Source: Bacteroidales bacterium (GTDB lineage: Bacteria > Bacteroidota > Bacteroidia > Bacteroidales > VadinHA17). Taken from it: a DNA stretch of 64,000 nt. Location: assembly GCA_016936435.1 (NCBI GenBank), contig JAFGXX010000061.1:2841-66840 (forward strand), read 5' to 3'. This document shows, piece by piece, positions 1 through 7,250 of the stretch (the stretch's first letter is position 1; every line of letters begins with the position of its first letter). Below the pieces are notes generated by a model. That model saw nothing but the letters and a program-made list of their open reading frames with translations, was not told the DNA's origin and ran no database searches. The position numbers and the translations under genes are program-made.

Positions 1-1
1 T

Positions 2-208
2 GAAAAGTGCAGCTCGGCGCTGACATGGCATGATGAAAAATCATCGGTCGGACATGTCCTTGACAAATGCCGTAAACTTGGAGTGCTTAACAGGATTCTG
101 AAAACAGATCCCGGACTGGTGGTAGCTTCATTTTCAAATCTGAATGAGGAGCAGAAAAGAAAATTCCTGGAATCTCCGGCTTTTGTAGCCGGGATCGATC
201 TTGTCTGA
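2..208 (+). CDS. 3' end of an unidentified CDS that begins upstream of the window (...ESPAFVAGIDLV*)
   Basis: Frame 2 is open from the window edge to TGA at 206-208. No recognisable motif, and it is absent from the ORF track because there is no start codon in the window. Confidence 0.3.
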   Translation, partial: EKCSSALTWHDEKSSVGHVLDKCRKLGVLNRILKTDPGLVVASFSNLNEEQKRKFLESPAFVAGIDLV

Positions 209-447
209 GCCGGAAGACATTATATTATCCGGAATTTTATATATTTGCCATTGCTTAAAAGACTGGATGTTTAATTATACTCAGGATCTGGTGCTGTAAA
301 TAATTCAGGAGTTTACTGCCTGAATTATCCCGATGACGGGCTCTGATAATATCTGTCAGAGTTGTTTATCTTTATATTTATTCAAAAAAACTTCCTGCCA
401 TACAGGAAAAGAGTGCCGGTATTACGGCTTATTAAATTATTAACATC

Positions 448-1221
448 ATGAACGACGATAACAAAACAATACACGATTTCGATTTCTCACTTATATGTGA
501 ATATTTTTCAATGCTTGAACGCCAGGGTCCCGGTAGTAAGGATACGACAATAAAAGCCCTGGGCTTTACCGGCAATCTGAACAGCGGGAGCCGCATAGCC
601 GATATAGGCTGTGGCACCGGAGGGCAGACCATGGTGCTGGCCGGCAATGCTCCCGGACAGATCACCGGAATAGACCTGTTCCCTGATTTCATCGACATCT
701 TTAACCGTAACGCAATGTCGCAAGGTTTAGGATCAAGGGTGAAGGGCATCGTGGGCAACATGGAAAAGCTGCCTTTTGAAAAGGAAGAGCTCGACCTTAT
801 ATGGTCGGAGGGAGCCATTTATAACATTGGTTATGAAAGAGGACTGAACGAATGGCGAAGATATCTCAAACCGGGAGCATATATCGCGGTGTCGGAAGCA
901 TCATGGTTTACAGCCGCGAGGCCAACTGAGATTGAAGAGTTCTGGAATACAGCCTATCCGGAGATCGATACCATTCCCGCCAAGGTCAGGATAATGCAGG
1001 ATGCGGGCTTCATACCCGTTGCGGCCTTCATACTGCCGGATTATTGCTGGACAGACAATTTCTATGTTCCCCAGGCCGAGGCCCGTGAAGTATTTCTGAA
1101 GAAGCACACGGGTAACAAAGCTGTGGTGGAATTTATTGAAAGCGAGCGCCGTGAGGAAAGTTTGTATATGAAATACAGGGAGTATTACGGCTACGCTTTT
1201 TATATAGGTAGAAAAATCTGA
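448..1221 (+). CDS. Class I SAM-dependent methyltransferase
   Basis: 257-aa ORF with motif I '[16 protein letters not shown]' and an acidic post-I region. The antisense ORFs 432-818 and 508-723 are shadows of it. Confidence 0.85.
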   Translation: MNDDNKTIHDFDFSLICEYFSMLERQGPGSKDTTIKALGFTGNLNSGSRIADIGCGTGGQTMVLAGNAPGQITGIDLFPDFIDIFNRNAMSQGLGSRVKGIVGNMEKLPFEKEELDLIWSEGAIYNIGYERGLNEWRRYLKPGAYIAVSEASWFTAARPTEIEEFWNTAYPEIDTIPAKVRIMQDAGFIPVAAFILPDYCWTDNFYVPQAEAREVFLKKHTGNKAVVEFIESERREESLYMKYREYYGYAFYIGRKI

Positions 1222-1296
1222 TCTGAAACAGCATTTTCTTTACAACTTCAGCCCCCTGGACCGGACTTTTTCTGCAGTAACTAAAACTGAAGGAAA

Positions 1297-1323
1297 AGCT
1301 CCTGCACGGGGGGCTGTTTTTTT
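1297..1323 (+). terminator. Putative intrinsic terminator after the methyltransferase gene
   Basis: AGCTCC / GGGGCT 6-bp stem (one G-U pair) with a 7-nt loop, followed by G + T7 at 1316-1323. Confidence 0.5.
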
Positions 1324-1441
1324 AACAGTCCGCTCTGACCCCGCTACTTTTATATGCAACCATGAAAATGATTCAGGGTATGTTGTGAACTTTCTGAACC
1401 CTTAAATTGTTTTGTTTAAACAGATAAGGAGAAAAGGGAAG

Positions 1442-1927
1442 ATGAGAAATATCCTGTTAACAGTCGTTGTCATTTTGATTATCCATCCGCAATCCATCAA
1501 TGCACAGAAGGTTGAAAGGATTGGAATACCTGAGCTTGAGGCAATACTAACCAGTAATGACGACAGGCTGTATGTCGTCAATTTCTGGGCTACATGGTGT
1601 GCTCCTTGTGTAAAAGAGCTTCCTTATTTCGAAAAAGTTGCACCTGAGTATAAGCCTGAAGATGTCAGGTTCATACTCGTAAGTCTTGATTTTCCACAAC
1701 AGATTGACCGTCAGTTGCTTCCTTTTCTCAGGAAGAACAGGATAACTCTTGAGGTAAAGGCTATGACGGATCTCGATTATGATGCATGGATCCGAAAAGT
1801 AGACCGGGACTGGCAGGGGAATATTCCTGCCACCTTACTGTTTAATAATAAGGCAAATAAACGCCTCTTTATACCCCGCGAAGTCGATGAAAAGGACCTT
1901 CGTGAAGCCATTGATAAATTTCTGTAG
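1442..1927 (+). CDS. TlpA-like thiol:disulfide oxidoreductase (thioredoxin fold), secreted
   Basis: 'FWATWCAPCVKELP' CxxC motif and an N-terminal signal-like hydrophobic segment. The ORF track starts at a TTG at 1412; the ATG at 1442 (MRNILL...) is the more likely start. Confidence 0.8.
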   Translation: MRNILLTVVVILIIHPQSINAQKVERIGIPELEAILTSNDDRLYVVNFWATWCAPCVKELPYFEKVAPEYKPEDVRFILVSLDFPQQIDRQLLPFLRKNRITLEVKAMTDLDYDAWIRKVDRDWQGNIPATLLFNNKANKRLFIPREVDEKDLREAIDKFL

Positions 1928-1950
1928 TAATAACTTAATTTCCGCAGATC

Positions 1951-2559
1951 ATGAAAAAACTTTATCTTCTTTCAGCTACATTGTTTTTTATCACAATGAT
2001 TCTTCCTGCCGGCGCCCAGTACAAACCCGGAGATGTTGCCGGGGACTTCAGCCTGAAAAATGTTGACGGGAAAATTGTCTCACTATCAGATATGACTGAT
2101 GCAAAGGGTTTTATAGTGGCGTTCTGGTGTAATACCTGTCCTGTCGTTAAACAGTACGAGACCCGTCTTGTCAATATACATAAGGAATATGCCTCAAAAG
2201 GCTTTCCTGTCATTGCGGTCAACAGTAATGATCCCGGCATTTCACCCGGAGACTCTTTTGATGAAATGAAGAAAGTAGCCCGGAATAAAAACTACGGCTT
2301 TCATTATCTCTACGACGAATCGCAGCAGGTGGCTCGCAGGTTTGGAGCTACCAACACACCTCACCTGTTTCTTCTTTCGAAACGCGACGGTAAGCTTGTT
2401 GTCGAATATACCGGAGCCATAGACAATAATGCCGAAGATGCTTCGCTTGCCGACAAGAAATATCTCAGTGATGCTGTAAACAGCCTGCTGAGAGGTTCCG
2501 GGCCTCAGGTAAAAAGCACCAGGGCCATAGGCTGCAGCATTAAATGGAAGAAGAGCTGA
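1951..2559 (+). CDS. Thioredoxin-fold / AhpC-TSA family redoxin, secreted
   Basis: Signal peptide (MKKLYLLSATLFFITMILPAGAQ) and active-site motif 'FWCNTCPVVKQY'. It lies in tandem with the preceding TlpA-like gene. Confidence 0.8.
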   Translation: MKKLYLLSATLFFITMILPAGAQYKPGDVAGDFSLKNVDGKIVSLSDMTDAKGFIVAFWCNTCPVVKQYETRLVNIHKEYASKGFPVIAVNSNDPGISPGDSFDEMKKVARNKNYGFHYLYDESQQVARRFGATNTPHLFLLSKRDGKLVVEYTGAIDNNAEDASLADKKYLSDAVNSLLRGSGPQVKSTRAIGCSIKWKKS

Positions 2560-2696
2560 TGGGATTACTCCCTCCCTTTGGTCGGTCGTGATCCCTGGGG
2601 GGTATGCTTCAAAGCTTTCAGATCAGTCCGCCCTGGGGTCGTCTTTTTGTTTTATTCGATTACCTGGCCAAAGCAAGCCTTGTCCCGGCATCTCAT

Positions 2697-2728
2697 AAAA
2701 CAAAAAGCCCGCAGCATTTGGCTGCGGG
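2697..2728 (-). terminator. Intrinsic terminator downstream of tRNA-Ser
   Basis: On the minus strand, CCCGCAGC-caaat-GCTGCGGG is followed by CTTTTTGTTTT and starts 16 nt after the tRNA CCA end. Confidence 0.75.
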
Positions 2729-2744
2729 ACTTATCTGAAAGCTT

Positions 2745-2836
2745 TGGCGGAGAAAGAGGGATTCGAACCCCCGGTCCCACGATAGCAGGACAACGGTTTT
2801 CAAGACCGCCGCATTCGACCACTCTGCCATTTCTCC
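2745..2836 (-). tRNA. tRNA-Ser (anticodon UGA), class II with long variable arm, CCA encoded
   Basis: Minus-strand sequence: GGAGAAA-TG-GCAGAGTGGTCGAATGC-G-GCGGT-CTTGAAA-ACCGT-TGTCCTGCTATCGTGGGAC-CGGGGGTTCGAATCCCTC-TTTCTCC-G-CCA. I folded the cloverleaf by hand: 7-bp acceptor stem, GGTTCGAATCC T-loop, TGA anticodon. Confidence 0.95.
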
Positions 2837-2964
2837 ATTTTCAAAGACCCTATGTTTTCAAGACCGCCGCTCCCGATAGCTATCGGGACGACCACGGCGT
2901 CTATCCCGAGTTACTCGGGACCATTTCTCCATTTTCAAAGACCCTGCGTTTTCAAGAACGCCGC
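2796..2964. repeat. Repeated fragments of the tRNA-Ser 5' half and its leader
   Basis: The 17-mer gttttcaagaccgccgc occurs at 2796-2812 (the anticodon arm inside the tRNA), at 2854-2870, and with one mismatch at 2948-2964. The 25-mer ccatttctccattttcaaagaccct occurs at 2827-2851 and again, identical, at 2921-2945. Perfect hairpins sit at 2871-2888 and 2904-2920. Confidence 0.9.
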
Positions 2965-2971
2965 AAATATA
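2964..2971 (-). promoter_or_regulatory. Candidate Bacteroidota -7 box (TATATTTG) for the tRNA-Ser transcript
   Basis: Exact TAnnTTTG match on the minus strand, about 130 nt upstream of the mature tRNA 5' end. Confidence 0.4.
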
Positions 2972-3345
2972 ACACTTTTTTATTTTCCGGAACGACATGT
3001 AGTATTCCCCCTTCACAGTTTCAAGATATTCATAACCCGATTTTACATGTCATGCCTTATGCAACTTTGAAGGAAATTTTGTTTAACAACACAGAATTTT
3101 TAGTAAACCGGATGGATTTATTTCCGGGAGTTCAGATCGGGAAAACGCAGCTCCTTTGTATAAAATACAGATAATCAATGATATACAGTTTTTATGAACA
3201 ACATGTGAACAAAATAACATGCCTGTTGTTTCTGAAATCAAGGCCTGAGGCCGCTTAGCGGTGTTTATGGCCCTCATCGCAGTAAAGTTTCAAAAAGCTC
3301 TCTTTCTTACCTAAAAAGCTCATTATTTCGTGTAATTAGGTAAAA

Positions 3346-3380
3346 TAAATTTGCATATGAATTAAAATAAAATAAATTTG
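3346..3380 (+). promoter_or_regulatory. Two tandem candidate -7 boxes (TAAATTTG at 3346-3353 and 3373-3380) upstream of the HU gene
   Basis: Duplicated 'aaaataaatttg' module, each copy an exact TAnnTTTG match. The proximal box lies 44 nt before the ATG. Confidence 0.5.
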
Positions 3381-3423
3381 TATTCAATTAGCAAGAATGG
3401 TCTAACCTTTAATTCTTATTAAC

Positions 3424-3693
3424 ATGACGAAAAAAGATTTAGTTGCTGCTATTGCAAAAGACACTGGTCTTTCACTTAAAGATTCAGGTAAAGCTCTGAA
3501 TTCATTTGTTGTATCCGTAGGAAAAGCTATGAAAAAAGGCCAGAGGCTTCAGCTTCCGGGTCTGGGAACATTCAAGGTAGCCAAGAGGAGCGCAAGAGTT
3601 GTCCGCAACCCGCGCACCGGAGCCAAACTTAACGTTCCTGCAAAGAAAGTCGTTAAATTCAAGGCAGCTCCTGCTCTTGACAAAGGTCTTTAG
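3424..3693 (+). CDS. hup: HU family DNA-binding protein
   Basis: 89 aa. 'MTKKDLV..IA...GLS..D...AL..F', then 'GLGTFKVAKRSARVVRNPRTGAKLNVPAKKVVKFKA', the typical HU/IHF beta-arm. Confidence 0.9.
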   Translation: MTKKDLVAAIAKDTGLSLKDSGKALNSFVVSVGKAMKKGQRLQLPGLGTFKVAKRSARVVRNPRTGAKLNVPAKKVVKFKAAPALDKGL

Positions 3694-3715
3694 TATCAAA
3701 TGATTGAGATTGCTG

Positions 3716-3744
3716 AGGGGTGTTACTACACCCCTTATTTTTTT
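3716..3744 (+). terminator. Intrinsic terminator after the HU gene
   Basis: AGGGGTGT-tact-ACACCCCT perfect 8-bp stem followed by TATTTTTTT. Confidence 0.8.
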
Positions 3745-3797
3745 CTTAAATGAACCAAACTAATTTCAAACTGTTAATTTTTGTGAAAGTTTTTTTC

Positions 3798-3805
3798 TAT
3801 TTTTG
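3798..3805 (+). promoter_or_regulatory. Candidate -7 box (TATTTTTG) for the LytTR regulator gene
   Basis: Exact TAnnTTTG match ending 31 nt before the ATG at 3836. Confidence 0.4.
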
Positions 3806-3835
3806 GGTTTGAATAACCTGATCATAAAATAAGGG

Positions 3836-4543
3836 ATGAATTGCATAATCGTCGACGATGACAAATTAAGCTGCAAATTGCTGGAGGGTTATGTGATGAA
3901 ATCCACCTCGCTGAACCTTATCGGTTCATACAGTGATTCCATTGAAGCCAGGAATGTTATAACCGAACGCAAGGATGTCGACCTGATAATCCTCGACATC
4001 GAAATGCCGGAACTCAACGGATTCGATTTTATTAAAAGCCTTGATTCCCCTCCCAATATAATAATCGTAACATCGGGCGAAGGCTACGCCCTGAGAGCTT
4101 TCGATTTCAATGTGGTCGACTATCTCCTTAAACCTGTTACTTATGGCCGCTTTTGTAAAGCCATCGACAAGACCATTAAATATTATTCAAGAAAGGAGAT
4201 ATCAAATACAGGTGATGAGGAGATATTTATCAAGAAAGGATCTTCACTTGTTAAACTCAAACTCAAAGACATCATATATATTGAGGCCCTCGAAAACTAT
4301 GTAACTCTGGTAACTTCCGACGACAAGTTCACCATACATTTCACGATGAAAGCCATCGAGAACCAGCTTCCTTCAGGCGTCTTCATAAGGGTTCACCGCT
4401 CCTATATAATAAATAAGAGTATGATCCAGGCCATCAAGGAGAGCAATCTTGAACTTACCGTTGGAAAAACCTTAAAGAACATTCCGGTGGGTAAATCGTT
4501 CAGGGAAGATCTTCTGAACGATATCAACGTGATGGCCAGGTAA
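3836..4543 (+). CDS. LytR/AlgR-family response regulator (REC + LytTR DNA-binding domain)
   Basis: REC signatures 'IIVDDD', 'DLIILDIEMPELNG' and 'DYLLKP'. C-terminal LytTR signature 'IIYIEALENYVTLVT...IRVHRSYIIN'. Confidence 0.9.
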   Translation: MNCIIVDDDKLSCKLLEGYVMKSTSLNLIGSYSDSIEARNVITERKDVDLIILDIEMPELNGFDFIKSLDSPPNIIIVTSGEGYALRAFDFNVVDYLLKPVTYGRFCKAIDKTIKYYSRKEISNTGDEEIFIKKGSSLVKLKLKDIIYIEALENYVTLVTSDDKFTIHFTMKAIENQLPSGVFIRVHRSYIINKSMIQAIKESNLELTVGKTLKNIPVGKSFREDLLNDINVMAR

Positions 4544-4556
4544 TTCCGATTTCTTA

Positions 4557-5759
4557 ATGCTTAGCAACCGTCAGCTTTTTCTTCACCATCTCGGGCAGAC
4601 GTCAACTGCACCGCTGATGCTTGAAATTGTGAAAGCCGAAGGTATAACGATGTATGACATCTCAGGCCACACATATATCGATCTTATTTCAGGTGTTTCG
4701 GTAAGTAATACCGGACACCGTCATCCCGACGTCGTTGAAGCGATTAAAGCTCAGACAGGTTCATACCTCCACCTGATGGTTTATGGTGAGATGATCCAGA
4801 GTCCTCAGGTGAAATATGCAACTCGTCTGGCTGAATTACTTCCTGCCGGCCTTGAAAGTGTGTATTTCGTAAATTCAGGAAGTGAAGCCGTGGAAGGAGC
4901 CATGAAACTGGCCAAAAGATTTACCGGAAGAACAAGGATCATCTATTTCCGTAACTCATACCACGGAAGCACCCACGGAGCACTGAGCATCCAGGGAAGC
5001 GAACTTTACAGAAACGATTTCAGGCCTCTGTTACCTGATACAATCCAGGCCGGATTCAATGATCCTGATGCTGCCTCCCTTATCGACGATCATACTGCCT
5101 GTGTCATTCTCGAACCTGTTCAGGCAGAAGCCGGTGTAATCCTTCCGGAACCCGGTTTCCTCGAAGCTCTAAGGGAGAAGTGCACAGAAAAAGGAGCCCT
5201 GCTGGTCTTTGATGAAGTACAGACGGCATTCGGACGTACGGGTTCACTTTTTGCATTTGAGAGATTCGGGGTGCTGCCCGATATCCTGGTTCTGGCAAAA
5301 GCCCTCGGAGGAGGAATGCCGCTGGGCGCATTCATATCTTCCCGTACAATAATGTCGTCGCTGGTAAAAGATCCCCAGCTTGGCCATATTACAACTTTCG
5401 GAGGACATCCGGTGTGCTGCGCTGCGGGACTTGCCTCACTGGAAGTTATCCTGAAAGAACAACTTGCAGAAAAAGCTTCACCTAAATCACAACTCTTCAG
5501 AGAACTATTGAAACATGATCTTGTCACAGAAATAAGGGGAGAAGGACTTCTGCTCGCGGTTCAGTTAAAAACACCTGCCCATACCGGGTATATTATTGCA
5601 AATGCACCCCGGCACGGACTTATCCTCGATTATTTCCTGTTCTGCAGTGATTCATTCAGGATAGCACCGCCACTTATTATAACAGATAATGAAATAAAAG
5701 AGGCATGCAGCAAGTTAATATCTCTGTTCGATGAAGCACAAATGATGTTGAAGGACTAA
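4557..5759 (+). CDS. Class III PLP-dependent aminotransferase (acetylornithine/ornithine/GABA aminotransferase family)
   Basis: 400 aa with 'GSEAVEGAMKLA', 'LVFDEVQTAFGRTG' and the 'LAKALGGGMPLGAF' PLP-lysine region. Confidence 0.85.
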   Translation: MLSNRQLFLHHLGQTSTAPLMLEIVKAEGITMYDISGHTYIDLISGVSVSNTGHRHPDVVEAIKAQTGSYLHLMVYGEMIQSPQVKYATRLAELLPAGLESVYFVNSGSEAVEGAMKLAKRFTGRTRIIYFRNSYHGSTHGALSIQGSELYRNDFRPLLPDTIQAGFNDPDAASLIDDHTACVILEPVQAEAGVILPEPGFLEALREKCTEKGALLVFDEVQTAFGRTGSLFAFERFGVLPDILVLAKALGGGMPLGAFISSRTIMSSLVKDPQLGHITTFGGHPVCCAAGLASLEVILKEQLAEKASPKSQLFRELLKHDLVTEIRGEGLLLAVQLKTPAHTGYIIANAPRHGLILDYFLFCSDSFRIAPPLIITDNEIKEACSKLISLFDEAQMMLKD

Positions 5760-6574
5760 TGAAAGTAAGACCTCATATATTTTTTTTCACCCTTGCCTTA
5801 TTAATTACAGTTAATATATCAGGGCAACAGGACGACTTTCAGATCCGCCTTAATGACCTTTACGGAAGAATACTCTTTACATCTGACGATGAAGAAAAAA
5901 TAAGACTGAACGACTCCATCCGGATGCTCGTTCATGAATTTGCATCATCGGAGCTGGTTTTCGTGAAAAATTACCCCGGAATAAGATTCCTGGGTCAGGT
6001 CACCTCTCAGGATAACCGCATCAGGATACTGACATGGAACCTGATGCTGCGTGATGCTACAAATAAATACTTCTGTTATATCATCAGGAAAGCACAAAGG
6101 GGCGGAACCAACACTATTTATGTACTGGAGGGTTCGCACCTTAAGGAAGCGGCGCAGACCGACCGCATATATAATGCCGGAGAATGGTATGGTGCACTAT
6201 ATTATGCTGTTCTTCCCAGCAGGAAAGACTATATACTTCTGGGTTATGATTTTGGAGACAGGTATTCACGGAAAATAATTGATGTGCTTCAATTTGACCA
6301 GGATGGAAAAATTTTGTTTGGAAAGGATATACTCTTCAGGGATGCAAATGTAAAATACAGGGAGGTGCTGGAATATTCTTCCGAAAGTGTCGTTTCGTTG
6401 CGTTTCGGTTCCCGGAAACTTATTGTTTTCGATCAGCTTGCGTCATTTTCGCAGGGTGATGGATCAGACGACGGTTCTATGGGTGCTGAAGGAATATTGT
6501 TCGACGGATATGAGTATAAAAAAGGCAAATGGCTGTTTAAATCAGGAATTGAAGCCCGTAATCCGGGAAAATAG
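5759..6574 (+). CDS. Hypothetical secreted protein
   Basis: 271-aa ORF with an N-terminal signal-like segment (IFFFTLALLITVNISGQ). Its start overlaps the upstream stop by 1 nt (TAATG). I do not recognise a family. Confidence 0.55.
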   Translation: MKVRPHIFFFTLALLITVNISGQQDDFQIRLNDLYGRILFTSDDEEKIRLNDSIRMLVHEFASSELVFVKNYPGIRFLGQVTSQDNRIRILTWNLMLRDATNKYFCYIIRKAQRGGTNTIYVLEGSHLKEAAQTDRIYNAGEWYGALYYAVLPSRKDYILLGYDFGDRYSRKIIDVLQFDQDGKILFGKDILFRDANVKYREVLEYSSESVVSLRFGSRKLIVFDQLASFSQGDGSDDGSMGAEGILFDGYEYKKGKWLFKSGIEARNPGK

Positions 6575-6597
6575 AAAGGGTTTAAAAAAATCTGCTT

Positions 6598-7116
6598 ATG
6601 GCGGGAATTAAAATGACGTACATATTTTGTTATGATGACCACCGTAGTTTCACTGATGAGGTTAAGAAGAGATTCTCTGACAGCGAACGCTATGTTGTCG
6701 AATCATATCATAATCCTGATGACTTCCTCGAAAATATCAAAAAGGAGAGAGACGGAAGATCATGCAGGGTAGCTATCATTGGGGTTCCTGACTCTTTTGA
6801 ACAATATGATACAATAGCACAAATGACGCTGGAAATCAAAAAGGCAGACCGATCGACAGGTATCATTCTGCTGGTGCATCAGGACAAATTGCATGAATTA
6901 AAGAAAGCTGTCGTTTTTAACATCGAAGATTACATCCCGAGAAATTCGAATGCAGTGCTCAGAATACACAACAACGTAAAACGTCTTATCAGCGAAAAGA
7001 ACATTTCCATTTTCCGAAAAAGAAGAAATATGTCGTTATATGTACTTCTGGGATTCGCTATTCTTATAGCCATTTTGCTGTTGGTTGCAAGGATAAAACT
7101 TCCTCACTATTTCTAG
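6598..7116 (+). CDS. Hypothetical tail-anchored protein with a degenerate receiver-like domain
   Basis: 172 aa. The beta1-like 'IFCYDDH' fits a REC layout, but the phospho-acceptor position ('VAIIGVPD') and the conserved Lys position ('DYIPRN') do not. C-terminal TM segment 'LYVLLGFAILIAILLLVA'. An alternative ATG lies at 6613. Confidence 0.5.
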   Translation: MAGIKMTYIFCYDDHRSFTDEVKKRFSDSERYVVESYHNPDDFLENIKKERDGRSCRVAIIGVPDSFEQYDTIAQMTLEIKKADRSTGIILLVHQDKLHELKKAVVFNIEDYIPRNSNAVLRIHNNVKRLISEKNISIFRKRRNMSLYVLLGFAILIAILLLVARIKLPHYF

Positions 7117-7250
7117 AAAGAGGTTTGCCTTAGCGGTTTCGATTAAGACTATAAGGGTCAGGTTTAATGACTATTTGTCATATTTTCACCCGCTGGCATA
7201 TCTTTTGACATAGACGGGCATAAAACAGTCAAACCAAAAACCTTAATGAT

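Noticed and set aside
209-447. Several short hairpins (e.g. ATTCAGG-N9-CCTGAAT at about 303-325) suggesting a structured RNA upstream of the methyltransferase
   Set aside because: The stems are only 5-7 bp and are not followed by T-runs. I recognise no conserved riboswitch core, and the pattern is compatible with chance in a 240-bp spacer.
1412-2559. Tandem thioredoxin-fold genes as a possible novel redox system
   Set aside because: Paired secreted TlpA/AhpC-like thiol-disulfide oxidoreductases are commonplace in Bacteroidota. Nothing in the sequence sets this pair apart.
2578-3174. 198-aa ORF (+), plus the nested 2852-3070 ORF
   Set aside because: It runs straight through the minus-strand tRNA-Ser, its terminator and the repeated leader fragments. 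It has no start context, and its residue composition reflects the repeats. I treat it as spurious.
7178-7195. Sigma-54-type promoter (TGGCAT-N5-TTGA) upstream of htpG
   Set aside because: The -12 element reads TTGA rather than TTGC, so the invariant GC dinucleotide is missing. No enhancer-binding protein gene is nearby. The region also fails an exact TAnnTTTG match by one base, so I leave the htpG promoter unassigned.
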